From Dongiaceae bacterium (lineage in GTDB: Bacteria > Pseudomonadota > Alphaproteobacteria > Dongiales > Dongiaceae): a stretch of DNA of 42,390 bases. Under the pieces are notes generated by a model that worked only from the letters and a program-made list of their open reading frames with translations, searched no databases and was not told where the DNA came from. Where the stretch lies: the NCBI GenBank assembly GCA_035251915.1, contig DATFDU010000102.1, forward strand, positions 1 to 42,390, written 5' to 3'. Position numbers and translations under genes: made by a program. Within the stretch, counting starts at the first letter, position 1; each line of letters opens with the position of its first letter. Shown here in pieces: positions 27,491 through 37,373 of the stretch.

Positions 27491-29302
27491 TCATCGGCCG
27501 AATGCGTAGCCTTGCATGAAGCGCGGGTTGGCCGCGGCCTTGAGCAGCGGGCCGTCCTTGGCGGCAGCGGTCACACGGCTGAGCATCCAGTCGTCGACCA
27601 CCTCGACGTCGTGGCCGCGACGGCGCAGCGCTGCGATGGTCTCCGCCGGCATCCGGCCCTCGACCAGCATCTGGCCGGGACGGGCCTCGCGCGGATAGAA
27701 CGAACTCGGGAAATGAGTCGTGTGGAACTCAGGCGCGTCGATCGCCTCCTGCAGGTTGAGGCCGAAATGAACATGGCGCAGGAAGACGTTGAGCGACCAT
27801 TGGTCCTGCTGATCGCCGCCGGGCGTGCCGAACGACATGTAAGGCTCGCCCTGGCGCAGCGCCAATGACGGGGTCAGGGTGGTGCGGGGCCGCTTGCCCG
27901 GCGCCAGGCTGGCCGGCGTGCCCTCCTCCAGCCAGAACATCTGGGCGCGGGTGGACAACGGAAAGCCGAGCGAGGGAATCGCCGGCGAGCTTTGCAGCCA
28001 GCCGCCGCTCGGCGTCGCCGACACCATGTTGCCCCAGCGGTCGATCACGTCGAGATGGCAAGTGTCGCCTCGCGTCGCGCCGCTTGGCGCAAGCGGCAGA
28101 TCGCGCAGATCCAGGGTCGGCTCGCCCAGTCCATGAGCGCCGGCATGCGCGATGTCCTGGTCGCGGCCGGTCGCGAGCCGGACCACCGGTGCGGCGCCGT
28201 AGCCGTCGATGCGGCCGGGCCGCAGGTCCCGCGACGCGCTCTCGCCGACCAGGCGGCGGCGGCCTTCGTTGTAGTCCTCCGACAACAGCCGGTCGAGCGG
28301 CACCCGCACGAATGCGGGATCGCCGTAGAACGCCTCGCGGTCGGCGAAGGCCAGCTTGGCGCACTCGATGACCGTGTGGACGAAGTCGGGATGCCGCGGC
28401 GACAGCGCGGACAGGTCGAAGCCCTTCAACAACGCGAGCTGCTGCAGAGCCACCGGCCCCTGGCCCCACGGGCCGGTCTTGCACAGCGTATATCCGTGGT
28501 AGTCATAGGTGCAGGGCGGCTCGACGGTCGCCGCCCAGCGGGCCAGATCGTCGGCGGTCATCAGGCCGCAGTGGCGGGTGCCGCTGGTGTCCATCGCTTC
28601 GGTCTCGCGGCAGAAGCGATCGATCGCCTCCGCGACGAAGCCCCGATACCACGCGTTCCGCGCCGCCTCGATCCTGGCTTCGCGGCCGCGCGCCGCCTTC
28701 GCCTCGCGCAGCAGCCGCTTGTAGGTTTCCGCCAGGCCGGGGCTGCGGAAGAGCGTGCCGGCCGCCGGCACGCCACCGTGCAGCCACACCCTTGCAGAGC
28801 TCTGCCATTCGGTCTCGAACAGCTCACGCACTTCGCTGAGCGCGGTGTTGATGGTCGGGAGGATCGGGAATCCGTTCTCGGCATAGCCGATGGCGGGCGC
28901 GAGCACCTCCGCCAGTTCCATCGTGCCGTGGTCGCGCAGCATCAGCATCCAGGCATCGAAGGCGCCGGGAACCACCGCCGCCAGGAGCCCGGTTCCCGGC
29001 ACGAGGTCGAGGCCGAGCGCGCGGTAGGCCTCGATCGTCGCGGCGCGGGGCGCGACCCCTTGTCCGCAGATCACATCCACCCGCCCGGTCCGGACGCTAT
29101 GGAGAATGATGGGGACCTCGCCGGCCGGTCCGTTGAGATGAGGCTCGACCACTTGCAGCGCGAAGCCGGTGGCGACCGCCGCGTCGAAGGCATTGCCGCC
29201 CTTTTCCAAGGTGGCCATGCCGGCTGCCGTGGCGAGCCAGTGCGTCGAGGCGACGACGCCGAATGTGCCGAGGATTTCCGGACGGGTGGTGAAATTGGGC
29301 AT
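27491..29302 (-). CDS. Gamma-glutamyltransferase-family Ntn hydrolase (no signal peptide)
   Basis: GGNAFDAAVA, KLAFADR, GD-TCHLDVID (autoprocessing Thr), PGKRPRTTL, GTPGGDQQ; start revised to MPNFTTRPE (29302). Confidence 0.94.
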   Translation of the reverse strand: MPNFTTRPEILGTFGVVASTHWLATAAGMATLEKGGNAFDAAVATGFALQVVEPHLNGPAGEVPIILHSVRTGRVDVICGQGVAPRAATIEAYRALGLDLVPGTGLLAAVVPGAFDAWMLMLRDHGTMELAEVLAPAIGYAENGFPILPTINTALSEVRELFETEWQSSARVWLHGGVPAAGTLFRSPGLAETYKRLLREAKAARGREARIEAARNAWYRGFVAEAIDRFCRETEAMDTSGTRHCGLMTADDLARWAATVEPPCTYDYHGYTLCKTGPWGQGPVALQQLALLKGFDLSALSPRHPDFVHTVIECAKLAFADREAFYGDPAFVRVPLDRLLSEDYNEGRRRLVGESASRDLRPGRIDGYGAAPVVRLATGRDQDIAHAGAHGLGEPTLDLRDLPLAPSGATRGDTCHLDVIDRWGNMVSATPSGGWLQSSPAIPSLGFPLSTRAQMFWLEEGTPASLAPGKRPRTTLTPSLALRQGEPYMSFGTPGGDQQDQWSLNVFLRHVHFGLNLQEAIDAPEFHTTHFPSSFYPREARPGQMLVEGRMPAETIAALRRRGHDVEVVDDWMLSRVTAAAKDGPLLKAAANPRFMQGYAFGR

Positions 29303-29335
29303 TGGACTACCGTGATGCTCCCGCAATGACGACGA

Positions 29336-30232
29336 CTATTGTGGTGATTCCCTTGCTTCGCGCACGTCGAGGAAGTCGCGCAGCGCGTCGCCGATGAAAT
29401 TGATCGACAGGACCGTGAGCATGATCGCAACGCCCGGATATATCCCAAGGCCCCAATCGCGCGTGATGAAGCTGCGCGCATCGGCGAGGATAAGACCCCA
29501 GGTCGGCGTGGTCGCCTCGACGCCGAGGCCGAGGAATGACAAGCCCGCTTCGGCGAGAATGGCATAGGAGACGCTGACCGTCGCCTGCACGATGATCGGC
29601 GCCATCGCGTTGGGCAGGATGTGCCGCCACATGATGCGGAAATGCGAGACGCCGACCGTCCTCGCCGCCGCAACGTACTGCTCCTCCCTGATCGACAGGA
29701 CCATGCCGCGCGCGATCCGTGCGAAATCGTCGAGGAAAGCCAGCGAGATGGCCACGATCAGGTTGAGCAGACCAGTGCCAAACACCGCCACCAGGTAGAC
29801 CGCGATGATAAAGTTGGGAAAGGCCCACTGCAGGTCGATGTAGCGCATGATCAGATGGTCGAGCCAACCGCCGAAATAACCGGCCAGCACGCCGAGGGTG
29901 ACACCGACGACGAGTGCGATGGCGACGGTTGCGACTCCGACGAATATCGAGACCTGGGTCCCCACAATGATGCGGCTCAAGAGATCGCGTCCGAGATCGT
30001 CGGTGCCGAGTGGATGCGCCCAGCTTTCCGGCATCAGCATCTCGAACGCCATCGCGTTGGGGTCATATGGCGCGATCCATGGCCCGAAGATTGCCGCAAT
30101 AGCGAGCAGGCCGAGCACGATGATCCCGAACAGCGCCTTGCGGTCGCGCAGCAAGACGCCGCGCAGCTTCGCCCAGCCCCTCTGCCGCCGGGGCGCGGCT
30201 TCAAACGTGTCAGTGAGGGCGTGCTCGGTCAT
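29336..30232 (-). CDS. Dpp/Opp ABC permease (DppC-like)
   Basis: Start revised to MTEHAL (30232); HPLGTDDLGRD, RHILPN, EAGLSFLGLG, GDALRD. Confidence 0.94.
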   Translation of the reverse strand: MTEHALTDTFEAAPRRQRGWAKLRGVLLRDRKALFGIIVLGLLAIAAIFGPWIAPYDPNAMAFEMLMPESWAHPLGTDDLGRDLLSRIIVGTQVSIFVGVATVAIALVVGVTLGVLAGYFGGWLDHLIMRYIDLQWAFPNFIIAVYLVAVFGTGLLNLIVAISLAFLDDFARIARGMVLSIREEQYVAAARTVGVSHFRIMWRHILPNAMAPIIVQATVSVSYAILAEAGLSFLGLGVEATTPTWGLILADARSFITRDWGLGIYPGVAIMLTVLSINFIGDALRDFLDVREARESPQ

Positions 30233-31179
30233 CAATCGTACCGGATGCGCGGATCGATCACGGTGTAGAGCAGATCGACCACCAGGTTGCTGAGTACGAA
30301 AACGGCTGAGACCACCAGGACGGCGCCCTGCACCATCGGATAGTCGCGATTGAGAATGCTCTGGATCAGCAGCCGCCCGAGCCCCTTGATCGCGAACACA
30401 TTCTCGACCACCACGGCGCCGGCCATCAGCAGCGCGAACGCGATGCCGACGACCGTGATGACCGGGATCAAGGCGTTCGGAAGGGCGTGGCGCAGGATCA
30501 GAACCGAATTCGTCAACCCCTTGGCGCGAGCCACCCGGATGTAATCGGTCGTCAGGACTTCCAGCATGCCGGACCGGATGTTGCGCGCGATGATCGCCGA
30601 GAAGGTCGTGCCGACCGCGATCGCCGGCAGGATCAGGTGCGACAACCACGGCCAAAAGCCTTCCGACAGCGGCACATAGCCGATCGCCGGGAGCCACTTC
30701 AAGCCCGCGGCAAAGACGATGATGAGCAAGATGCCGAGCCAGAACTCCGGCATGCTCAGGCCGAGGAACGCACCGAACGACACGACATTGTCGATCATGC
30801 TGTTGCGCCGTGTCGCCGCAATCAGCCCCGCCGGCACGGCGATCGCCAGCGCAATGATGAAGCCCAGGCTGGCGAGCGAAAGCGTGCGCGGCAGCGCCTC
30901 GGCAATAGCCTGGCTCACGGGGATGCGGCTGCCGTAGATCGAGTTGCCCAGGTCGCCCTGGAACACCAGCCAGAACCATTTGAAATACTGCACGTAGATC
31001 GGCGCATCGAGGCCGAGCTTGTGACGCAACGCCTCGACCGCCGCCGCATCGCCGGCATCGAACAGCATGGCCCCGATCGGATCGCCGGGGACGATTCGCA
31101 GCATGAAGAATACCAGAGTCGCCACCGCCCACAGGACGATGATCGCACCGATGGTCCGGCGGATGAGATAGCGCGTCAT
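30232..31179 (-). CDS. Dpp/Opp ABC permease (DppB-like)
   Basis: VPGDP, LGLD, GDLG, ARAKGL, RHALPNAL, RDYPMVQG, IDPRI. Confidence 0.95.
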   Translation of the reverse strand: MTRYLIRRTIGAIIVLWAVATLVFFMLRIVPGDPIGAMLFDAGDAAAVEALRHKLGLDAPIYVQYFKWFWLVFQGDLGNSIYGSRIPVSQAIAEALPRTLSLASLGFIIALAIAVPAGLIAATRRNSMIDNVVSFGAFLGLSMPEFWLGILLIIVFAAGLKWLPAIGYVPLSEGFWPWLSHLILPAIAVGTTFSAIIARNIRSGMLEVLTTDYIRVARAKGLTNSVLILRHALPNALIPVITVVGIAFALLMAGAVVVENVFAIKGLGRLLIQSILNRDYPMVQGAVLVVSAVFVLSNLVVDLLYTVIDPRIRYD

Positions 31180-31200
31180 CTTTGCCTCATGATCGCGAAC

Positions 31201-31227
31201 GCGGGCGGCGGTTGCGCCGCCGCCCGC
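31201..31227 (-). terminator. GC-rich hairpin after second family-5 binding-protein gene
   Basis: GCGGGCGGCGG-ttgcg-CCGCCGCCCGC perfect 11-bp stem. Confidence 0.62.
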
Positions 31228-31234
31228 CGCTCCG

Positions 31235-33019
31235 TCAGCTCACCGTGACGCGGTCGAGATCGACCAGCCCCGGAATCCGGCTCTCCTTCGGGAAAGTGAC
31301 GCTCTTGTGGTGCACCAGGATGTCCGGCTGGTGGAACAGGAAGGCGCTCGCCACCTTGTCCGAGGTGATCTTGTTGGCCTTGCGCACCATGTCCCGACGC
31401 TTGTCGATGTCGGCCGTGGCGCTCTGATCGGAGATCAGCTTGTCGACCTCCTTGTCCGAGAAGAAGCCGAACGCGTATTTGGCCTTGTCGCGCAGCCGGC
31501 CGTTGAACTTGGATGTCGTCTGCATCCAGTCGACCAACGCGTCGTCCGGGTCGTAGTCGCCGCCGCTGCCCAGCCGCACCAGATCCCAGTTCATGGTGTC
31601 GAAATCCTCGATCAGGACCGGGAAATCCTTGGTCTCGATCTCGACGTCGATATTGAGATTCTGCTTGAGCTGATTGGCAACGACCTGGGTCTCGCGGCGG
31701 TTGGCCGGAGTCGTCAGCAGGCGCAGCTTCGGGAAGCCCTCGCCGTCGGGATAGCCGGCGTCGGCCATCAGCTGCTTGGCCTTCTCGAGGTCGAAGGTCT
31801 GCCCACTGGTCTGGGCCAGGCCAGGGTCGAAATAATGCTCCTGCGCCGGATTGACCGTGCCGAAGCCAGGCGTACCACGCCCGAACTGGGCCTGCTTGAT
31901 GTAGGCATCGCGATCGATCGCCTTGGCGATGGCCAATCGGACCTTGAAACCCTTCTCTGCCATCAGCTCCTCGACCGACCTGTTGAAGTCGGTCACTTTC
32001 ATGTGCTCGTGCCAGGGATTGATCCACAGCGACTGGAAGGTGGGGCCTGGCGTCTCATCGACCACCAGATCCGGGTTGGACGCGAACCGGTCGATCAACT
32101 CGGGCGCAATCGGGTTGCCGCCGATCAGCTGGATGTCCCCCGCCTCGATGGCAGCCGCAAGCGGCTCCGCGTCGATGATCGGCTGGATGACCACCTTGTC
32201 GAGCTTCGGCCGCTCCTTATCGTAGTAGTCGGGGTTGCGCTCGAGTGTTATGGTCTGGCCGAGCTGATGCGCCGTGACCTTGAACGGGCCGGTTCCCACC
32301 GGCATCAGGCCGTAGTCGGACTCGCCCATCTTTTCCAGCGCGCCGCGGCTGACGATGGTCATGGCGCGGCCGCTCGCCCGCTCGAGCACCTTGGGCAGGA
32401 ACGAGGCCTGCGGCGCCTTCAGCTTGAAGTGAACCGTGTAGTCGTTGACCTTGTCGACCGCGGCGACATTGGCGAGCACCGCCGAGTGGATCGACTTCTC
32501 CGGATTGCTCGAGCGCTGATAGGTGAACAGCACATCCTCGGCCGTGAACTTGTCGCCGTTGTGGAAGGTGACGCCCTCGCGCAGCTTGAAGGTGTATTCC
32601 GTGCCGTCGTCCGACACGTCCCAGCTTTCCGCCAGATCGCCCTGGGCGACCAGTTCGGCATTGATATGCATCAGCCCGGACAAGACATTCGACGAAATCT
32701 GGAACTGCAGGACCTGGTTGATCTGTGCCGGATCGAGAGTGACGATCTCGCCGACGCCGGCCCAGCCGCAGTTCAGGGTGCCGCCAGCCTTGCCCTGCGC
32801 CTGTGCCGAGCGCGGCGCGGCGATCAGGTGCCCGGCCGTGAGCATGCCGGCCGCGGCCAGAAGCCGCAGCACGACGCGGCGTTCGAGCCGAGGCCCCGAG
32901 AGGGCAGCCGCGCTCAACCCGAACAATGGATCTCGCGGATCAAAATCGTAGGCGTCAGCAAGCGTGTTGCGGATGCGTGCCTGCGCGACATCGCCTGGAA
33001 TCGTCTGCTTCGTCGTCAT
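31235..33019 (-). CDS. SBP family 5 substrate-binding protein with twin-arginine-like signal after a long N-terminal extension
   Basis: GGAGGAGG RBS before MTTKQT (33019); ERRVVLRLLAAAG...AQA; GDLAESW, LREGVTFHNG, PVGTGPF motifs. Confidence 0.92.
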   Translation of the reverse strand: MTTKQTIPGDVAQARIRNTLADAYDFDPRDPLFGLSAAALSGPRLERRVVLRLLAAAGMLTAGHLIAAPRSAQAQGKAGGTLNCGWAGVGEIVTLDPAQINQVLQFQISSNVLSGLMHINAELVAQGDLAESWDVSDDGTEYTFKLREGVTFHNGDKFTAEDVLFTYQRSSNPEKSIHSAVLANVAAVDKVNDYTVHFKLKAPQASFLPKVLERASGRAMTIVSRGALEKMGESDYGLMPVGTGPFKVTAHQLGQTITLERNPDYYDKERPKLDKVVIQPIIDAEPLAAAIEAGDIQLIGGNPIAPELIDRFASNPDLVVDETPGPTFQSLWINPWHEHMKVTDFNRSVEELMAEKGFKVRLAIAKAIDRDAYIKQAQFGRGTPGFGTVNPAQEHYFDPGLAQTSGQTFDLEKAKQLMADAGYPDGEGFPKLRLLTTPANRRETQVVANQLKQNLNIDVEIETKDFPVLIEDFDTMNWDLVRLGSGGDYDPDDALVDWMQTTSKFNGRLRDKAKYAFGFFSDKEVDKLISDQSATADIDKRRDMVRKANKITSDKVASAFLFHQPDILVHHKSVTFPKESRIPGLVDLDRVTVS

Positions 33020-33038
33020 TGGGGCCTCCTCCGTCTGG

Positions 33039-34097
33039 CTACCTTGTTGACTGTCCCGGCACTGAACTTCGGTCGCCCTGATCGGCGAGCCAGGCCGGGT
33101 TGATCGCGGGCGGCCCCACGATGGGGCAGGCCACGTGATGATCTCCGCCGATCTCCCGCAGCTCGGGGACCAATCGGCGACAGCTCTCCTCGGCAAGCGG
33201 GCAGCGCGGATGAAACACGCAGCCGCTCGGGGGATTCATCGGGCTCGGGATCTCCCCCCGAATTTCCTGATGGGCGCGCTGATGCTCGATCACCGGGTCG
33301 GGAACGGGCACCGAGGAGAGCAACGCCCGGGTGTAGGGATGGCAGGCGTCGTCGAACAAGGGATCGCTGTCGGCGATCTCGACGATATGGCCGAGATACA
33401 TCACCGCCACCCGCTGGCAGATATGCCGGACGACGCTGAGATCGTGCCCGATGAAGAGATAGGTGAGCCCGAACTCGTCGCGCAGCTCCTCGAGCAGCCG
33501 GACGATCTGCGCCTGGATCGATACGTCGAGGGCGGAGACCGCCTCGTCGCACACGATGAAGTCCGGCTTCAGGGCTAGCGCGCGGGCGATGCCGACCCGT
33601 TGGCGCTGGCCGCCGCTCATCTCATGCGGATAGCGGTCGACCGATCGCGTCGGCAGTCCGCAGACCGACAGCAGGTGACGCACGCGCTGCAGCCGCGCCG
33701 CTCGATCCGGCTCGAGGCCGTGCACCAGCAGCGGCTCACCCACGATCTCCTCGACCGTCATGCGCGGATTGAGCGAGCTGTACGGATCCTGGAACACCGC
33801 CTGGACGCGGCGGCGGAATGCGAGCGTCTGTCGCGCCTCGAAACCCGCGATATCCTCGCCATCGAAGCGGATCTCGCCGGCGGTCGGTTCCTCGAGCTTC
33901 AGCAGCAGGCGGCCGATGGTCGTCTTGCCGCAGCCGGATTCGCCCACCAGACCGAACGTCTCGCCACGGCGGATCGCAAAGCTGACGCCGTCGACCGCCT
34001 TGATCTGGCCGACCACGCGGTCAAACACCAGGCCCCGCTTGACCGGGAAATATTTCTTGAGGTCGCGCACCTCGACCAGGGGGCCGACGCCGCTCAT
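33039..34097 (-). CDS. Dpp/Opp ABC ATPase (DppF-like)
   Basis: Start revised to MSGVGP (34097); [27 protein letters not shown]. Confidence 0.94.
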   Translation of the reverse strand: MSGVGPLVEVRDLKKYFPVKRGLVFDRVVGQIKAVDGVSFAIRRGETFGLVGESGCGKTTIGRLLLKLEEPTAGEIRFDGEDIAGFEARQTLAFRRRVQAVFQDPYSSLNPRMTVEEIVGEPLLVHGLEPDRAARLQRVRHLLSVCGLPTRSVDRYPHEMSGGQRQRVGIARALALKPDFIVCDEAVSALDVSIQAQIVRLLEELRDEFGLTYLFIGHDLSVVRHICQRVAVMYLGHIVEIADSDPLFDDACHPYTRALLSSVPVPDPVIEHQRAHQEIRGEIPSPMNPPSGCVFHPRCPLAEESCRRLVPELREIGGDHHVACPIVGPPAINPAWLADQGDRSSVPGQSTR

Positions 34098-35134
34098 GCC
34101 GGCTCCAGTGCACGCAGGCGATGCAGCTCGAAACAGGCGCTCTCGTGCGTCCCCGCGACTTGTCGCAGGGGCGGCGTGGCTTCCGCACAGTGCGGCGCGG
34201 CGAGCTTGCACCGCGGCCGAAATGTGCAGCCTGACGGCAAGGCCAGCGGGTCCGGCGGACTGCCCGGTATCGGTTCGAGCGGCGCATCGCGCCGGCGATC
34301 CAGGCGCGGCACCGAGTTCAGCAGGCCGATCGTGTAGGGATGGCTCGGAGCACGGTAGAGATCGGCGGCCATGCCCCGTTCGACGATGCGGCCCGCATAC
34401 ATCACATTGACCCGGTCCGCATAGCGCGCCACCACGCCGAGGTTGTGCGTGATGATGACCAGCGCGACGTCGAGCCGGCGACACAGATCCTGCATCAGGT
34501 GCAGGATCTGCGCCTGGATCGTCACATCCAGGGCGGTGGTCGGCTCGTCGGCAATGATGAGCTCGGGCTTGCAGCTCAGCGCCATCGCGATCATCGCGCG
34601 CTGCCGCATGCCGCCGCTGAGATGGTGGGGATATTGCTTCAGGCGGCGCTGCGGCTCGGCGATGCCGACCAGCTGCAGCAGCTCGACGGCACGATCGTGC
34701 GCCGCATTTCGCGTCAGGCCGAGATGCGTCTGCGTCGCCTCGGTCAATTGCCGTCCGATCGACAGCAAGGGATTGAGCGAGGTCATCGGCTCCTGGAACA
34801 CCATGCCGATGCGATGACCGCGGATCCGGCGCATCGCTTCGTCGTCCAGCCGCAGAAGGTCCTGGCCATCCAGGTGGATCGCGCCGGACACGATGCGTCC
34901 GGGCTCAGAGACAAGGCGCAGGGTCGCCAGCGCCGTGACCGATTTGCCGCTGCCCGACTCCCCGACAACGGCGACGACCTCGCCGCGCCTGACGTCGAAG
35001 GAAACGTCGTTGACGGCGCGGACGACGCCGTCCGGCATCCTGAACTCGACCGACAGGTGGTCGACCTCAAGAAGCGGCGGCGCGCTAGAGGTGCTCCGCG
35101 AGGCCAAAGCTTCTCCCCGTCCCAGATGAGACAC
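34094..35134 (-). CDS. Dpp/Opp ABC ATPase (DppD-like)
   Basis: [29 protein letters not shown]; start uncertain. Confidence 0.93.
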   Translation of the reverse strand: MSHLGRGEALASRSTSSAPPLLEVDHLSVEFRMPDGVVRAVNDVSFDVRRGEVVAVVGESGSGKSVTALATLRLVSEPGRIVSGAIHLDGQDLLRLDDEAMRRIRGHRIGMVFQEPMTSLNPLLSIGRQLTEATQTHLGLTRNAAHDRAVELLQLVGIAEPQRRLKQYPHHLSGGMRQRAMIAMALSCKPELIIADEPTTALDVTIQAQILHLMQDLCRRLDVALVIITHNLGVVARYADRVNVMYAGRIVERGMAADLYRAPSHPYTIGLLNSVPRLDRRRDAPLEPIPGSPPDPLALPSGCTFRPRCKLAAPHCAEATPPLRQVAGTHESACFELHRLRALEPA

Positions 35135-35195
35135 TCGTAGCGGTCATGTTTTTTGTCCTGACCTTATGGGCGGCCTCCCGCGACACCGGCGCCCA

Positions 35196-35260
35196 TTGTC
35201 TCGATACTATATTATCGTTATCATTATTGTTATTGTGTAGGCAATCTTTCCGGCTGTCAA
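35196..35260. promoter_or_regulatory. Overlapping divergent sigma70-like promoters (gntR and Dpp operon)
   Basis: Plus strand TTGTCT(35196)-N17-TATCAT(35219); minus strand TTGACA(35260-35255)-N17-CACAAT(35237-35232). Confidence 0.7.
35212..35235. repeat. Four tandem hexamers TTATYR (candidate operator)
   Basis: TTATCG TTATCA TTATTG TTATTG read directly. Confidence 0.8.
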
Positions 35261-35267
35261 CGCGGTC

Positions 35268-35996
35268 ATGAACTACATCGCATCCCTTCTCGGCGCCGAG
35301 AATTCGCTCCCGGCCAAGCAGCGCAAGAGCAACGCGGTTTACCACTCGGTGAAGCGCGCGATCCTGTTGCGCCGGATCGAGCCGGGACAGGCTCTGCTGG
35401 AGCAGCAGATCGCGGGGGCGATGGGCTGCAGCCAGGGAACGGTGCGCGAGGCGCTGTTGCGGCTCGAGCAGGACGGGCTGGTCGCACGCCGCGGTTATCA
35501 CGGCACGGTCGTCTCGACCACCTCGCTGGAGGAGGCGGCCCAGATGGCGCGCATCCGGATCTCGCTTGAGACGGAGAGCGCCCGTCGCGCGGCCGAGTCC
35601 TGCTCGCACGCCGATTTCGCCCGCTTCGACGCCGTCATCGACCAGATCGCCGAAGCTGAAGTCCGGCACGACGGCTACGCCCTCAGCGAGCTCGACCGCG
35701 AGTTCCACCTCGCCATCTTCCAGCGTGCGCGCCTCGCGACGCTCGAGCCGATCTTGACGCGTTGCGCGTTGCACGTGCATCGCTACACCTTCGGCAACGG
35801 CCCCTTGGGCGTGACGCCGGACAACCGGACCGGCCTGCCCTCCAGTGCCGAGCAGCATCGCATGGTCCGAAACGCGCTCGCGACGCGCGATCCGGAGACC
35901 GCGGCCCAGGCCATGCGCGACCACATCGAGACCATCATCGGTTACTGGTCGCCGGAACTGCTCAAGCTCGTCCGGTCCGACCAACAGTCGCGCTAG
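35268..35996 (+). CDS. GntR-family regulator (FCD domain)
   Basis: PGQALLEQQIAGAMGCSQGTVREALLRLEQDGLV, RISLE, DREFH..I, EQH, MRDHI. Confidence 0.93.
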   Translation: MNYIASLLGAENSLPAKQRKSNAVYHSVKRAILLRRIEPGQALLEQQIAGAMGCSQGTVREALLRLEQDGLVARRGYHGTVVSTTSLEEAAQMARIRISLETESARRAAESCSHADFARFDAVIDQIAEAEVRHDGYALSELDREFHLAIFQRARLATLEPILTRCALHVHRYTFGNGPLGVTPDNRTGLPSSAEQHRMVRNALATRDPETAAQAMRDHIETIIGYWSPELLKLVRSDQQSR

Positions 35997-36182
35997 GCAA
36001 ATCCTTCTCGCAAGCTACACTGACCGCCGCGTCGTGCACGGTCCGGCCGGCGTCAGCCGTGTGGGATACCGTTCAGACTTCGGTGCTGGCTGTCGCTGAG
36101 CCGACCTGGAAAAGTGTTGCACCAGCCAAGCGGAAGCTGCCTGTATAGGCTGATCCGAAGAATCCACTGGGAGGAGAAGACG

Positions 36183-37322
36183 ATGAAGAAAGTCATGGTG
36201 GCGGGGCTGTTCGGGCTTGCGGTCGGTGTGCCGGGCGCTGCCCTCGCCGAACCAGTCAAGGTCGGCATGATCACCACGCTTTCGGGCGGCGGGGCGGGTC
36301 TTGGCCTCGACGTGCGCGACGGCTTCCTGCTTGCGATCAAGCAATCGGACAACAAGGACATCGAGGTCGTGGTCGAGGACGACGCGATGAAGCCGGAGCT
36401 GGCAGTGCAGATTGCCGACAAGATGATCCAGAGCGAACAGGTCGACATCCTGACCGGCATCATCTGGTCCAATCTTGCCATGGCCGTCGTGCCGAACGCG
36501 GTCGCGCAAGGCAAGTTCTACCTTTCGCCCAATGCAGGTCCCTCTGCGCTCGCCGGCGCCAAGTGCCATGAGAACTACTTCAACGTCGCCTGGCAGAACG
36601 ACAATCTGCACGAGGCGGCGGGCAACTACGCCAACACTGCGGGCTACAAGAAGTCCTTCATCCTGGCGCCCAACTACCCGGCCGGCACCGACGCGCTGAC
36701 GGGTTACAAGCGCTTCTACAAGGGCGAGCTGGCTGGCGAGCTCTATACCAAGCTCGGCCAGACCGACTATGCCGCGGAGATCGCCCAGATCCGCGCTTCG
36801 GGTGCGGACTCGGTCTACATCTTCCTGCCGGGCGGCATGGGGATCGCCTTCATGAAACAATACGCCCAATCGGGCGTCGGCATTCCGGTGCTGGGCCCCG
36901 GCTTCTCATTCGACCAGGATGTGCTGGGTGCGATCGGCGATGCGGCAATCGGCGTCAAGAACACCTCGCAATGGTCGAATGACCTCGACAATGCGGCCAA
37001 CAGGACGTTCGTCGAGACCTTCCAGGCCGAGTACGGCCGGCTGCCGTCGCTGTATGCAAGCCAGGGCTACGACACGGCGAACCTCATCCTCTCCGCCGCC
37101 GCCACGGCGAGCGTCAAGGACGCAGACGCCTTCCGTGCCGCGCTGAAGGCAGCGGACTTCACATCGGTGCGCGGCGACTTCAAGTTCGGCAACAACAACC
37201 ATCCGATCCAGGACATCTATGTGCGGGAAGTCGTGAAGGAAGGCGACGTGCTGACCAACAAGATCATCGGCGTGAGCCTCGAGGACCATCAGGACGCTTA
37301 CGCGAAGGAATGCAAGATGTGA
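36183..37322 (+). CDS. Liv-type (HAAT family) ABC substrate-binding protein, possibly aromatic-acid binding
   Basis: Start revised to MKKVMVAG (GGGAGGAG RBS); signal ending ALA; VKVGMITTLSG, VEDD..KP, APNYPAG, TDYAAE. Confidence 0.9.
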   Translation: MKKVMVAGLFGLAVGVPGAALAEPVKVGMITTLSGGGAGLGLDVRDGFLLAIKQSDNKDIEVVVEDDAMKPELAVQIADKMIQSEQVDILTGIIWSNLAMAVVPNAVAQGKFYLSPNAGPSALAGAKCHENYFNVAWQNDNLHEAAGNYANTAGYKKSFILAPNYPAGTDALTGYKRFYKGELAGELYTKLGQTDYAAEIAQIRASGADSVYIFLPGGMGIAFMKQYAQSGVGIPVLGPGFSFDQDVLGAIGDAAIGVKNTSQWSNDLDNAANRTFVETFQAEYGRLPSLYASQGYDTANLILSAAATASVKDADAFRAALKAADFTSVRGDFKFGNNNHPIQDIYVREVVKEGDVLTNKIIGVSLEDHQDAYAKECKM

Positions 37323-37328
37323 AGCGGT

Positions 37329-37366
37329 CGTCTGCCTTCGCCTCGCCCGCGGGGCGAAGGCGGACG
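37329..37366 (+). terminator. Long hairpin after Liv-type binding-protein gene
   Basis: CGTCTGCCTTCGCCTCG...CGGGGCGAAGGCGGACG, ~17-bp stem with two G-U pairs, no U-tract. Confidence 0.65.
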
Positions 37367-37373
37367 TCGATCT

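Noticed and set aside
9808-37366. Intergenic hairpins as a REP/MITE family or CRISPR repeats
   Set aside because: They share no sequence, have no spacers, and there is no cas gene or transposase.
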